Assembly: GCA_965205485.1 (NCBI GenBank)
Contig: OZ242180.1
Location: 4,032,001-4,096,000, forward strand
Direction: 5' to 3'
DNA: 64,000 nt
Source of the DNA: Candidatus Latescibacterota bacterium
GTDB taxonomy: Bacteria > Latescibacterota > UBA2968 > GCA-2709665
Shown here: positions 46,463 to 56,531 of the stretch, piece after piece
How positions within the stretch are numbered: the first letter of the stretch is position 1
Layout: the number at the start of each line of letters is the position of its first letter
Translations under genes and position numbers: made by a program
The notes under the pieces: generated by a model
Seen by the model: the letters and a program-made list of their open reading frames with translations, nothing else
Database searches by the model: none
What the model was told of the DNA's origin: nothing

Positions 46463-46674
46463 AAGCTGTTTTAAAATTACCGGTGAGTTCCCGAGCGCGA
46501 GCGAAAAAGTGGCGGTTATGAGGCGCGAGGGGCGCGCAGCGCCGACGGGAAAACCCGCCCATATACTAATGTATCGTGGCTGCGCGCCCCTCGCCACTCT
46601 TGGGTGGGTTTGACCAACGCCGACCGGCGCTTTTGCAGCCGCGCGAAGACCGCTGGGAATTTTAAGACAGCTTC
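46462..46674 (+). mobile_element. MITE-like element family A, copy 2
   Basis: TIR GAAGCTGTTTTAAAATT / AATTTTAAGACAGCTTC (16/17); starts in the rbfA stop codon; no clear target duplication. Confidence 0.8.
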
Positions 46675-46691
46675 TTGGAACGGAGGGCAGG

Positions 46692-47600
46692 ATCAACGTC
46701 ACTGGCGTGTTGCCGATCGACAAGCCCCCGGGAATGACGTCGCACGACGTGACAGACCGCGTTCGACGACGGCTGAATATTCGGAAAGTAGGGCATACGG
46801 GCACCCTGGATCCGCTCGCGACCGGCGTCCTCGTGTTGTGCCTGGGCCGGGCCACCCGGCTCAGTTCCTATCTCGCGGACCACGACAAGACGTATTCCGC
46901 CCAAATTCGCCTCGGGGTCCGAACCAGCACGCTCGACGCCGAGGGCGAAGTTGTCGCGCGGTCCGGCAGCGTTCCCGGCCGGTTGGAGGACGTCCGCGCC
47001 GCGGTGGCTTCCTTTATTGGCGAAATCGAACAGATTCCGCCCATGTTCTCGGCCCGAAAGATGGATGGCAGGCGGTTGTACCAGTTGGCACGGGAGGGCA
47101 CGGAAGTCGCCCGACGACCGTCCCGCGTGCGGATTTTCGGAATCGATATTGAAGAATTCAGGCCTCCCGATCTACACCTGACGGTCTCCTGTTCAAAAGG
47201 TACCTATATCCGCACGCTGGCCGATGATATCGGCGGGCAACTGGGATGTGGCGCGTATCTGGCCGGGCTCAGGCGCACGGCGGCCGGCCCCGTTTGCATC
47301 GACGAGTGCGTCGCGCTCAACCAGCTCGATTCCGTTGGATCGGAAGCGGAGTTGCGGCCGTTTCTGATGGATCCCAATCGGTTGTTGCGTGACCTGCCGC
47401 GTATCAACCTGGACGCCGATCAGGCAGGTTGTTTTGTTCATGGAAGTGCCGTCGCGAATGTTGACGAGGGTACTGCTCTCGAGTCGGGCCGGCTCGTGAG
47501 GGCGCTCTATCCCGAGGGGGTGTTGCTCGGCATCGGACGCTGGCGGGCCGCCGACCGGATGCTGAAGCCTGTGCGGGTGCTGCGTCAGCCAGAAAGTTGA
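46692..47600 (+). CDS. truB: tRNA pseudouridine(55) synthase TruB (start uncertain: ATC 46692 or GTG 46707)
   Basis: DKPPGMTSHD, GHTGTLDPLATG, CSKGTYIR. Confidence 0.93.
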   Translation: MNVTGVLPIDKPPGMTSHDVTDRVRRRLNIRKVGHTGTLDPLATGVLVLCLGRATRLSSYLADHDKTYSAQIRLGVRTSTLDAEGEVVARSGSVPGRLEDVRAAVASFIGEIEQIPPMFSARKMDGRRLYQLAREGTEVARRPSRVRIFGIDIEEFRPPDLHLTVSCSKGTYIRTLADDIGGQLGCGAYLAGLRRTAAGPVCIDECVALNQLDSVGSEAELRPFLMDPNRLLRDLPRINLDADQAGCFVHGSAVANVDEGTALESGRLVRALYPEGVLLGIGRWRAADRMLKPVRVLRQPES

Positions 47601-47605
47601 TCCGG

Positions 47606-48562
47606 ATGCAGACACGGACTTTGGTACAGACGCTCGAGTTGGAAAACCCGGTGGTTACGGTCGGCACGTTCGACGGTGTCCACCTGGGGCATCGTGCCGT
47701 ATTGGAAGCGGTTGTTGCCATGGCAAGCGCGCGGTCGGGCAGCGCCGTCGCCGTCACGTTCGATCCGCACCCGCGGGCCGTGATCCATCCCGAAGACCCG
47801 CCGGTCGTCCTTACGTCCATGGACGAGAAGCGCCGGCGGCTTGAAGATGCCGGAATCGACATACTGTCGGTCATCCCGTTTACCAGGCAGGTGCAAATGA
47901 TGAGTCCCGAGGCATTTGTATCGACCTATCTGGTGAAATACCTGGGCGCGCAGGTCGTGGTGCTGGGCTACGATCATGGATTCGGCAAGGGTCGCAGCGG
48001 AGATCCCGACACCATGCGGGCGCTCGGCCATCGGTTCGGCTTCGACGTCTCTGTCGTGCCTCCCACCTTGGCGGGAGAGGGCCCGGTGAGCAGCAGCAGG
48101 CTTCGGGATGTGATTCGGAGCGGCAGAATCGACGAAGCGCGTGAGATGCTTGGAGGCGGATATCCGGTTTCGGGTCGAGTGGCGCACGGAGATGGCCGCG
48201 GGCGGGCGCTGGGTTATCCGACTGCGAATATCGTGCCTGACGATGCGATGAAACTGTTGCCGCCGGACGGGGTGTACGTTGCGAAAGCGTTCGTGCCCGA
48301 ACCGTACGCCGCTGTTGTAAACCTGGGGGTACGGCCCACATTTAACGGTAAGAACAGGTTGTTCGAAGCCCATCTGCTGGATTTCAGCGGGGACCTTTAC
48401 GGACGCAGGATTTCACTGGAACTGGTGAATCGTCTGCGCGACGAACGCCGGTTTGCCAGCTCGGAAGCGCTGATAACGCAAATTCACAAGGACGGGCAGC
48501 GTGCCCGTGAAATTTTGGGACAGGAGATGGTCCATCACATGGAGGTGAAGCATTGGGTTTAG
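47606..48562 (+). CDS. ribF: Bifunctional riboflavin kinase/FAD synthetase
   Basis: [38 protein letters not shown]. Confidence 0.95.
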   Translation: MQTRTLVQTLELENPVVTVGTFDGVHLGHRAVLEAVVAMASARSGSAVAVTFDPHPRAVIHPEDPPVVLTSMDEKRRRLEDAGIDILSVIPFTRQVQMMSPEAFVSTYLVKYLGAQVVVLGYDHGFGKGRSGDPDTMRALGHRFGFDVSVVPPTLAGEGPVSSSRLRDVIRSGRIDEAREMLGGGYPVSGRVAHGDGRGRALGYPTANIVPDDAMKLLPPDGVYVAKAFVPEPYAAVVNLGVRPTFNGKNRLFEAHLLDFSGDLYGRRISLELVNRLRDERRFASSEALITQIHKDGQRAREILGQEMVHHMEVKHWV

Positions 48563-48822
48563 CGAAGGAAAAGAAGGGCGAACTGGTGGAAGCCTTCGGT
48601 CGAACCGGCGGTGACACCGGATCCGTAGAAGTGCAGATCGCGCTATTGACGGAACGCATCAGCATGTTGACCGAACACGCACGGCGACACAGGAAAGATC
48701 ACCATTCCCGCCGCGGGCTGCTCAAACTGGTCGGGCAGCGCCGGCGTTTCCTGAGATATATGCAGCGCCGCGACGTGACAGGATACCGCGCGCTGATCGG
48801 CAAGCTTGGAATACGTGGTTGA
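48553..48822 (+). CDS. rpsO: 30S ribosomal protein S15
   Basis: [25 protein letters not shown] start after GGAGGTG. Confidence 0.96.
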   Translation: MGLAKEKKGELVEAFGRTGGDTGSVEVQIALLTERISMLTEHARRHRKDHHSRRGLLKLVGQRRRFLRYMQRRDVTGYRALIGKLGIRG

Positions 48823-48899
48823 ATTTGCCTGTAGCGTGTTTTGCAAATCGAGTTCTACAGGCCTGATGTAGGTTCATTTTTGCTGAGGAGAAAGGTTGG

Positions 48900-51038
48900 A
48901 TGGCAGAAAGAATAGAGCTGGAACTGGAAGGAAGGACACTGTCCATTGAACACGGACGGGTTGCGAAGCAGGCCCACGGGGCCGTCTGGATGCAATATGG
49001 CGAAACCGTGGTGCTGGTGGCTGCGGTGGCCGACGCCAGAGAATCCGATATGGATTTTTTCCCGTTAACGGTGGACTATCGTGAGAAATTCTACGCGAGC
49101 GGCAGGATACCGGGGAACTTCTTCAAGCGGGAGGGCGCGCCTTCCACAACGGAGAAGCTGAGCGCGAGACTGATCGATCACCAGATCCGGCCGTTGTTCC
49201 TGAAACGGGACGTCGAAACGCAGGTTTTGGTAACGATTCTATCGTACGATGAAGAGAATGACCCCGCCGTGCTGGCGATGAACGGCGCATCGGCGGCTGT
49301 CTGTGTCTCCGATATCCCGTTCGAAGGACCGATCGGCGCTGTGAAGGTGGGTCGGATAAACGGCGAGTACGTGATCAATCCAACCTATCAACAGTTGGAT
49401 GAAAGCGATATCAACATCATCGTGTCCGGAAACAAGGAGTCGATCATTTCCGTCGAAGGCGAGTGCCATGAGGCGCCGGACGCCGACGTACTGGGGGCGC
49501 TGCGGGCGGGTCAGGAAGCCATCGCCAAGCTCGTGGAGATGCAGGAGGAACTCGTCGCCAAGTGCGGGAAGCCAAAGCGTGAAGTGGTTGAACCCGAACC
49601 CGATGAAGCGCTCGCAGAAGCGGTAATGGCGCAGGCGGCGCAGCGCATCAGAGACGCGAACAGGTTGTCCGAAAAAGAAGACAGGGCGAGCGTCATCGCC
49701 GGCATCGAAGCGGATGTGCACGCGGCCCTGAGTGAGGAGTTTCCGGATTCCGGCGCTGAAATCACCGCGGAAATCGGGTCGATCGTCAAGACGGAGATGC
49801 GCCGTATGATTCTGGAGGAAGGCCGGCGGATCGATGGCAGGGCCCTGGACGAAGTGCGGCCGATTCAGATTGAACTGGGGGTACTGCCGAGGGCACACGG
49901 GTCCGCCGTGTTCACGCGAGGTCAGACGCAGGCGCTGTGTGTGGCCACGCTGGGCAGCAAGCTGGATACCCGGATGGTGGACGACCTGGAAGGGATGTCC
50001 TACAAGAGTTTCATGCTGGACTACAACTTTCCCTCGTACAGCGTGGGGGAGACCCGCCGGATCGGGGCTCCGGGAAGGCGGGAAATCGGACACGGCGTTC
50101 TTGCGGAAAAGGCGTTGGTTCCCGTCATACCCGGCGAAAAGCATTTCCCCTATACGATTCGGGTGGTTTCCGAAATCCTGGAATCGAACAGTTCGTCTTC
50201 AATGGCCACGGTGTGCGGCGGATCGCTCGCCCTGATGGATGCCGGGGTTCCCGTCAAGACGGCCGTTGCGGGCGCCGGCGTCGGGCTGGTCATGGGTGAG
50301 GACAATGCCAATTGGGCATTGCTGACCGACATTCTGGGCGCGGAAGACCACCTTGGCGACATGGACCTGAAAATAGCCGGCACGAACGAAGGGCTGACGT
50401 CGATTCAGCTCGACATCAAGGTCAAGGGTATCAGTTTCGAGATTATGCAGGAGGCTTTCGGACGCGCGCGGGGCGCGCTCGACCACATTCTGGATGTGAT
50501 GAGCGGCGCGATCGCCCGCCCGAAACCCGAACTGTCACCGTACGCGCCGCGAATTCTCTCCCTCTACATCGACCCGGCAAAGATCGGTACGGTTATCGGT
50601 CCCGGAGGAAAGACCATTCGCAGCATCGAAGAAACGGGAGCTACCGTAGCGGTGGACGACGACGGACTGATCACGGTCAGCTCGGTCGACGCCCGGGCCG
50701 GCGAAGAAGCCATGGAAATGATCAAGGCGCTGGTGGAGGATCCGGAAGTAGGCCGGGTGTACAATGGCACGGTCAAGCGAACCCTGGACTTCGGCGCCTT
50801 TATCGAGATTCTGCCGGGGAAAGAGGGGCTTTGCCACATTTCAGAGCTGGATTACCGCCGGGTGAACAAGGTCGAGGACGTGTTGTCCGAAGGGGACAAG
50901 CTGGACGTCAAGGTGATTTCGATCGACGACCAGGGCAAGATTCGACTTAGTCGCAAGGCGACTTTCGAACCGCCGCCCGGATACGTGGAACCGCCGCCGC
51001 GCCATTCACGGGGCCCGCGAAGGCCCAATCGGCGCTGA
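48900..51038 (+). CDS. pnp: Polyribonucleotide nucleotidyltransferase
   Basis: [21 protein letters not shown] and S1 domains. Confidence 0.97.
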   Translation: MAERIELELEGRTLSIEHGRVAKQAHGAVWMQYGETVVLVAAVADARESDMDFFPLTVDYREKFYASGRIPGNFFKREGAPSTTEKLSARLIDHQIRPLFLKRDVETQVLVTILSYDEENDPAVLAMNGASAAVCVSDIPFEGPIGAVKVGRINGEYVINPTYQQLDESDINIIVSGNKESIISVEGECHEAPDADVLGALRAGQEAIAKLVEMQEELVAKCGKPKREVVEPEPDEALAEAVMAQAAQRIRDANRLSEKEDRASVIAGIEADVHAALSEEFPDSGAEITAEIGSIVKTEMRRMILEEGRRIDGRALDEVRPIQIELGVLPRAHGSAVFTRGQTQALCVATLGSKLDTRMVDDLEGMSYKSFMLDYNFPSYSVGETRRIGAPGRREIGHGVLAEKALVPVIPGEKHFPYTIRVVSEILESNSSSSMATVCGGSLALMDAGVPVKTAVAGAGVGLVMGEDNANWALLTDILGAEDHLGDMDLKIAGTNEGLTSIQLDIKVKGISFEIMQEAFGRARGALDHILDVMSGAIARPKPELSPYAPRILSLYIDPAKIGTVIGPGGKTIRSIEETGATVAVDDDGLITVSSVDARAGEEAMEMIKALVEDPEVGRVYNGTVKRTLDFGAFIEILPGKEGLCHISELDYRRVNKVEDVLSEGDKLDVKVISIDDQGKIRLSRKATFEPPPGYVEPPPRHSRGPRRPNRR

Positions 51039-51061
51039 CCCGCCTGGCAAGTCAGAGGTCG

Positions 51062-51103
51062 GCAGAAGGCGATCGGCAACTACCGGTCGTCTTTTTTGCT
51101 TTT
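51062..51103 (+). terminator. Rho-independent terminator after pnp
   Basis: AAGGCGATCGG-CAACTA-CCGGTCGTCTTTTTT. Confidence 0.7.
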
Positions 51104-51132
51104 GCCAGTCGCGTGACTCCGAGAGGACACCG

Positions 51133-52428
51133 ATGGCCGTACCCATTTCGATTTCAAGGATCGCAGACTACGACGGGCGTCCCGTTCTTCTCCAGGGCTG
51201 GCTGCAAAACAAGCGCTCCAGCGGCAAGTTGCGCTTTCTGCAGCTGAGAGACGGGACGGGCGTGGTGCAGTGCGTTCTGTTCAAGGGAGACGTGTCGTCC
51301 GACCTCTTCGAACGATCCGCCGACCTGACCCAGGAGTCATCGCTGCGCGTAAGGGGGGTTGTGCGGGAGGACAGGCGCTCGCCGCTTGGCTATGAGATCG
51401 GCGTTACGGACATCGAGGTTGTCCAGGAATCGGAACCGTATCCCATAACACCAAAAGCTCACGGTACCGCCTTCCTGATGGACCATCGCCATCTCTGGCT
51501 GCGTTCCTCCCGCCAGCACGCCATTTTGCGTGTGCGCAGCGAAGTCATTCGGGCGTGCAGGAATTACTTCGATGAAAGAGAATTCGTACTCACGGATTCT
51601 CCAATATTTACGCCGTCATCCTGCGAGGGAACGACAACGCTTTTCCAGACCGACTACTTCGACGACCAGGCCTATCTGACCCAGAGCGGACAACTGTATC
51701 TGGAAGCCAGCGCCATGGCCTTCGGAAAGGTCTACTGCTTCGGGCCGACGTTCAGGGCCGAGAAATCGAAAACCCGGAGGCACCTCACGGAATTCTGGAT
51801 GGTCGAGCCGGAGGTGGCGTACCTGGATCTGAACGGGGACATGGATCTGGCGGAGGACTTCGTCAGCACCGTGGTTCAGCAGGTCCTGACGTGCCGGCGG
51901 AAGGAACTGGAATTGCTTCAGCGGGATCTCGAACCGCTCGAACGCATCAGGAAGCCGTTTCCGAGGATCTCCTATACGGAAGCGGTGGACATCCTGAACC
52001 GGAGTGGCGTTTCACACAGGTGGGGCGACGATTTCGGCGGCGACGAGGAAACCGTACTGGCGGAACATTTCGATCGTCCGGTCCTGGTGCACAGGTATCC
52101 GGCCTCCTGCAAGGCCTTTTATATGAAGGGAGACCCGGACGACGGCCGGCTGGCGCTTTGCATGGATATGCTGGCGCCGGAGGGATACGGAGAGATCATC
52201 GGCGGCGGGCAACGCGAGGACGACCTGGAGGAACTGCGGCGGAAGATTGCCGAACACAGACTCGACGAAACCCCCTTTCAATGGTATTTGGACCTCAGGC
52301 GCTACGGATCGGTGCCCCATGCCGGCTTCGGCCTGGGCATCGAACGGACCGTAGCGTGGATCTGCGGGTTGCGGCACGTAAGGGAGACCATTCCGTTTCC
52401 CCGGATGCTGCAACGGCTTTACCCATAA
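51133..52428 (+). CDS. asnS: Asparagine--tRNA ligase
   Basis: OB-fold, [42 protein letters not shown]. Confidence 0.95.
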   Translation: MAVPISISRIADYDGRPVLLQGWLQNKRSSGKLRFLQLRDGTGVVQCVLFKGDVSSDLFERSADLTQESSLRVRGVVREDRRSPLGYEIGVTDIEVVQESEPYPITPKAHGTAFLMDHRHLWLRSSRQHAILRVRSEVIRACRNYFDEREFVLTDSPIFTPSSCEGTTTLFQTDYFDDQAYLTQSGQLYLEASAMAFGKVYCFGPTFRAEKSKTRRHLTEFWMVEPEVAYLDLNGDMDLAEDFVSTVVQQVLTCRRKELELLQRDLEPLERIRKPFPRISYTEAVDILNRSGVSHRWGDDFGGDEETVLAEHFDRPVLVHRYPASCKAFYMKGDPDDGRLALCMDMLAPEGYGEIIGGGQREDDLEELRRKIAEHRLDETPFQWYLDLRRYGSVPHAGFGLGIERTVAWICGLRHVRETIPFPRMLQRLYP

Positions 52429-52752
52429 CAGCCCGTTGAAAAAGCCCATCCGGGCTGCGGCCGGCCCTTGCGGTCGAAATACTGCGTTGCGCGCCCTCGC
52501 CGAATCGCAGGATGGGTCTCGGTTGCGCGCCTTGTCTTCCACCACAATGGCAAGTGTTCCGACCCGGAAATAGATTGCCGAAATTCGGCCGCCGAGTCGC
52601 CCGGCTGGCAAGGCGCCTGAGCGAGGCGACCTGCGCAAGGTCACAGAGCGAAGGCAACGCCGCCAGACGGGATGAATCGGCGGATGAATGGTGACATATT
52701 TCCGGGACGGGACACCAAGCCTCGCCTGCAGAGCGACTTTGTCATCGGACTG
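52429..52752. mobile_element. MITE-like element family B (outer), ATAA target duplication
   Basis: TIR CAGCCCGTTGAAAAAG / CTTTGTCATCGGACTG (13/16); ATAA at 52425-52428 and 52753-52756. Confidence 0.65.
52554..52715. mobile_element. MITE-like element family C nested in family B element
   Basis: TIR GTGTTCCGACCCGGAAATA / TATTTCCGGGACGGGACAC (17/19); CAA at 52551-52553 and 52716-52718. Confidence 0.7.
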
Positions 52753-52780
52753 ATAAACTGTAAGTACAGGGAGCCGTCAG

Positions 52781-55234
52781 ATGGCTGAAAGCGGATACGA
52801 TTTTGAGGCGATCGAGTCAAAGTGGCGCGCGCGCTGGGAGCAGACCGGTATCTACAGGAGCGGCGTGAAGGAAGGCAGGCCCAAGCATTATGCGCTGACC
52901 ATGTTGCCGTACACCTCGGGTGACCTGCACATCGGACACTGGTACGCGATGGCGCCCTCCGACGCACGCGCGAGATGGATGCGGATGAAGGGATACAACG
53001 TCTTGTTTCCAATAGGGTTTGACGCGTTCGGACTGCCAGCGGAGAACGCCGCAATCGAACGGGGGATTCATCCTGCCAAATGGACGATGGACAACGTCGA
53101 GCGCATGCGGCGACACCTGAAGAGAATGGGCGCGATGTTCGACTGGGAGAGGGAGATCGTTACGTGTGAACCCGAGTACTACAAGTGGACGCAGTGGCTC
53201 TTCCTGCAGTTCTATCGCCACGGATTGGCGTATCGGAAGAAGGCCCCGGTAGACTGGTGCCCGCGCTGCAATACAACGCTTGCCAGGGAGCAGGTGTGGG
53301 GTGACGACCGCCACTGCGAACGATGCGATACCCCCGTTGTGAAAAAGGACCTGGATCAATGGTTGTTCCGGATTACGAAATACGCGGATTCGCTGCTGGA
53401 TTTTTCGGGCCTGGACTGGCCTGACCGGGTCGAATCGATGCAGACCAACTGGGTCGGCCGCAGCGACGGGGTGGAGTTCGAGATGAACGTGAAGGGTTCG
53501 GAGGCGTCGTTTCGGGTTTTCACCACCCGCGCGGACACGATCTTCGGGGTTACGTTCGCGGTTCTGGCGCCGGAACATCCGCTTGTCGATACGATAACAA
53601 CGCGGTCCCGGTTGGCCGAGGTCGCGTCGTACCGGGAAAAGGCGGGCCGGCGGACCGAAATCGACCGGTTGTCGCTGGACAAGGAGCGGGACGGCGTCTT
53701 TACCGGAGCGTTTGCGATCAACCCGATGAACGACGCCGAGGTGCCCATCTATATCGCCGATTATGTGCTTACGACGTACGGAACCGGCGCGATCATGGCC
53801 GTGCCCGGACACGACGAACGGGATTTCGGCTTCGCGAAACGTTACGGATTGCCCGTTCCAACGGTCATCGCGCCTCCGGACTGGGATGGCCGCCCTCTGC
53901 GGCGTCCGTACGAGGGCAAGGGCACGCTGGTCAATTCGGGCCGGTTCAGCGGCATGCCGTCCGACGACGCGAAGAGCGCGGTGGCCGAAGATCTTGAAGA
54001 CCGGGGACGCGGTGAGCGGAAGGTCAACTATCGGCTGCACGACTGGCTGATTTCCCGGCAGCGGTATTGGGGGTGTCCCATTCCCATCGTCTATTGCGCC
54101 GACTGCGGCGTGGTGCCGGTCCCGGAGGCAGACCTTCCCGTAAGATTGCCGGAGGACGCGGAATTTCTGCCGACGGGCGAATCTCCGCTCAAACATCACG
54201 GTGGGTTTCTGAATACGACCTGTCCGGCGTGCCATGGGGAGGCGCAGAGAGAGACCGATACGATGGACACGTTCATGTGTTCTTCGTGGTATCAGTACCG
54301 GTACCTCAGCCCGGATTACGGCGCGGGCCCGTTCGATCCGGAAGAGGGGGCGTACTGGCTGCCGGTGGATCAGTATACAGGCGGCATAGAACACGCCACG
54401 ATGCACCTGCTCTATACCCGTTTCTTCACGAGGGCGATGCGGGATATGAAGCTGATCGCCACGGACGAAGCCGAGCCCATGGTCCGGTTGTTCAACCAGG
54501 GGATCATCCTCGGCGAGGATTTGGAGAAAATGAGCAAGTCCCGGGGAAACGTGGTGAACCCGGACGACCTCATCGATGCGCACGGCGTCGACAGCGTTCG
54601 TGTGTATCTGATGTTCATCAGCCGCTGGGATCAGGGGGGCCCGTGGAACTCGGCGAGCATGGAAGGCGTTCCCCGGTTTCTGAACCGGGTCTGGTCGCTT
54701 GTCATGGAGCCGGCGGCGTCAGCCGGCGAACCCCCGGGCACGGCGGAGACAACGGAATTGCGAAGGACCACGCACCAGGCCATCAAGAAGGTATCGGAAG
54801 ATCTGGAATCGTTCGACTTCAACACGGCCGTCGCCGCACTGATGACCTACGTCAATCGTCTTGGCAAAGTGAAAGCCGCTGCGGCCCTCGAATCGGATGC
54901 ATGGAACGACGCAATTCGTACGCTGTGCCTCCTGTTGGCGCCTTTTGCGCCGCATATATCGGAAGAACTGTGGGCGCGCATCGGGGAGAGCTACAGCGTC
55001 CACGAGCAGGCCTGGCCGGAATGGGACGAGGAACTCGCGCGTCCGGCAACCATTCAGATGCCGGTGCAGGTCAACGGCAAGGTCCGCGCCCGGTTTCAGG
55101 TGGAGGTGGATGCCGAGGGGGAAGACGTCAGGCGTCTGGCACTGGAACAGCCGAATGTAAAGAACCATCTTGCAGGCAGGGCGCCCAGGAAGGTGATTGT
55201 CGTTCCCAATCGCCTCGTCAATATCGTGGCGTAG
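52781..55234 (+). CDS. leuS: Leucine--tRNA ligase
   Basis: HIGH, FDAFGLPAENAA, CP1 editing domain (FTTRADT, GTGAIMAVPGHD), KMSKS. Confidence 0.97.
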   Translation: MAESGYDFEAIESKWRARWEQTGIYRSGVKEGRPKHYALTMLPYTSGDLHIGHWYAMAPSDARARWMRMKGYNVLFPIGFDAFGLPAENAAIERGIHPAKWTMDNVERMRRHLKRMGAMFDWEREIVTCEPEYYKWTQWLFLQFYRHGLAYRKKAPVDWCPRCNTTLAREQVWGDDRHCERCDTPVVKKDLDQWLFRITKYADSLLDFSGLDWPDRVESMQTNWVGRSDGVEFEMNVKGSEASFRVFTTRADTIFGVTFAVLAPEHPLVDTITTRSRLAEVASYREKAGRRTEIDRLSLDKERDGVFTGAFAINPMNDAEVPIYIADYVLTTYGTGAIMAVPGHDERDFGFAKRYGLPVPTVIAPPDWDGRPLRRPYEGKGTLVNSGRFSGMPSDDAKSAVAEDLEDRGRGERKVNYRLHDWLISRQRYWGCPIPIVYCADCGVVPVPEADLPVRLPEDAEFLPTGESPLKHHGGFLNTTCPACHGEAQRETDTMDTFMCSSWYQYRYLSPDYGAGPFDPEEGAYWLPVDQYTGGIEHATMHLLYTRFFTRAMRDMKLIATDEAEPMVRLFNQGIILGEDLEKMSKSRGNVVNPDDLIDAHGVDSVRVYLMFISRWDQGGPWNSASMEGVPRFLNRVWSLVMEPAASAGEPPGTAETTELRRTTHQAIKKVSEDLESFDFNTAVAALMTYVNRLGKVKAAAALESDAWNDAIRTLCLLLAPFAPHISEELWARIGESYSVHEQAWPEWDEELARPATIQMPVQVNGKVRARFQVEVDAEGEDVRRLALEQPNVKNHLAGRAPRKVIVVPNRLVNIVA

Positions 55235-55273
55235 AAAAACCCCGGGATCGTTGAGCGATTCCGGGGTTTTTTT
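55235..55273. terminator. Bidirectional terminator between convergent leuS and gcvT
   Basis: AAAAACCCCGGGATCG-TTGAG-CGATTCCGGGGTTTTTTT. Confidence 0.85.
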
Positions 55274-55311
55274 CGGATGTGGGGGGAACCGGAAGGGCAG
55301 GGAGGAGGACG

Positions 55312-56421
55312 TCAACTTCCCGGGCGCCGATAATACGGCCGGCGAACCACGCGTGCCCGAAGCCGCCGGTTTCGGATGGCAACGTGAAGCTCCTGTCCAC
55401 GCCGGGCATGCTTCGGGTCCACAAAGCCCATGGCGATGATCTCGCCGGTCCAGGGTGAGACCGACCCGCTGGTGATCACACCCGCGGCGCTGCCGTCCGA
55501 ACGATGAATGACGTAACCCTGGCGTGGAATGCCCCTGTCGATCATTTCCAGCATCACCAGCCTCTTGCTGACGCCGCCCGCCAGCTGTTCCCGGATCGCT
55601 TCCGAACCGATATATGCCCCGGTTTTCGCCACGGCGAAGCCGAGATTGGCTTCCAGCGGGGACGTATCCTCGTCGAGTTCGTGCCCGTAAAGGGCGAGAG
55701 AAGCCTCCAGCCGGAGGGTATCGCGGGCCCCCAGCCCGGCGGGTACAGCTCCTGCGTGCCTGCCCTCGTCGAGAAGTGCGCGCCACAGCGATTCCACCTC
55801 GTTCGACCCCACGAAGATTTCAAAGCCGTTTTCCCCCGTATAACCCGAGGCGGCGAGCATAACCGGTACACCTGCGAGGGTGAACGGGCGTACTTCGTGG
55901 AAGCCGAGGGACGCGACGCCGTCCGGCGTCATCACCGAAAGGATTTCAGCCGCTGCAGGACCCTGGAATGCCAGAAGGGCCCCGTCGTCAAACCGGTTCT
56001 CAAGACGGACGCCGCTCCGGCCGGTCCCGGCGGAACGAATGTGCGCCCAGTCCTTTTTCCGGTTCGAGGCGTTGACAACGAGTGTGTATACGTCCTGACC
56101 CGTCCGGTAGACCATCATGTCGTCGATGGTACCGCCGCGTTCGTTGAGGAGAAAGGAATAGTGGCATCTGCCGACGTCCAGCTTCCGGATGTCGTTGGCC
56201 GCCAGGTACTGCAGGAAATCCTGCGCGCCGGTCCCTGAGACCTGGATCTGCCCCATGTGGCTGACGTCAAACAGTCCCGCCGCCGTACGCACCGCACGAT
56301 GTTCGGCAACGATGCCTGTATACTGAACGGGCATTTCCCAACCGCCGAATTCCACCATTTTGGCCTTCAACTTGACGTGCTGCCGGTAGAGTGGGGTGCG
56401 TTTCAGGGTTGTATTGTCCAT
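55312..56421 (-). CDS. gcvT: Glycine cleavage system aminomethyltransferase T
   Basis: RTPL, FGGWEMPVQY, FDVSHMG, GYTGENGFE, GLGARDTLRLEA. Confidence 0.94.
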   Translation of the reverse strand: MDNTTLKRTPLYRQHVKLKAKMVEFGGWEMPVQYTGIVAEHRAVRTAAGLFDVSHMGQIQVSGTGAQDFLQYLAANDIRKLDVGRCHYSFLLNERGGTIDDMMVYRTGQDVYTLVVNASNRKKDWAHIRSAGTGRSGVRLENRFDDGALLAFQGPAAAEILSVMTPDGVASLGFHEVRPFTLAGVPVMLAASGYTGENGFEIFVGSNEVESLWRALLDEGRHAGAVPAGLGARDTLRLEASLALYGHELDEDTSPLEANLGFAVAKTGAYIGSEAIREQLAGGVSKRLVMLEMIDRGIPRQGYVIHRSDGSAAGVITSGSVSPWTGEIIAMGFVDPKHARRGQELHVAIRNRRLRARVVRRPYYRRPGS

Positions 56422-56463
56422 TGTGTGCATCCTTCCGAAATGCGATGCGATCGTGGATCATCC

Positions 56464-56502
56464 TTGAATTCAGGAATGAAATTTCTTATAATAATTCAGG
56501 AA
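56464..56502 (+). promoter_or_regulatory. sigma70 promoter with two direct repeats
   Basis: TTGAAT-17-TATAAT; AATTCAGGAA at 56467-56476 and 56493-56502. Confidence 0.7.
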
Positions 56503-56531
56503 AATAAATAGAATAATCAAGTGACGGAGGA

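Noticed and set aside
46604..46706. Short ORFs reading through family A elements (LTNADRRFCSRAKTAG)
   Set aside because: Translations of the repeat arm; no transposase similarity
52817..54583. 588-aa antisense ORF, and similar long ORFs at 3935-5077, 20089-21582, 32482-33948 and 58890-60410
   Set aside because: Shadows of well-supported genes on the opposite strand, expected at this GC content; no motifs
56481..56508. Second dif-like site (ATTTCTTATAA half-site) that would flank the HTH gene
   Set aside because: No XerD-type arm after the 6-nt spacer; the TATAA is better explained as the -10 box
56422..56531. Glycine riboswitch upstream of gcvT
   Set aside because: Short AT-rich spacer with no aptamer consensus; explained by the divergent promoter
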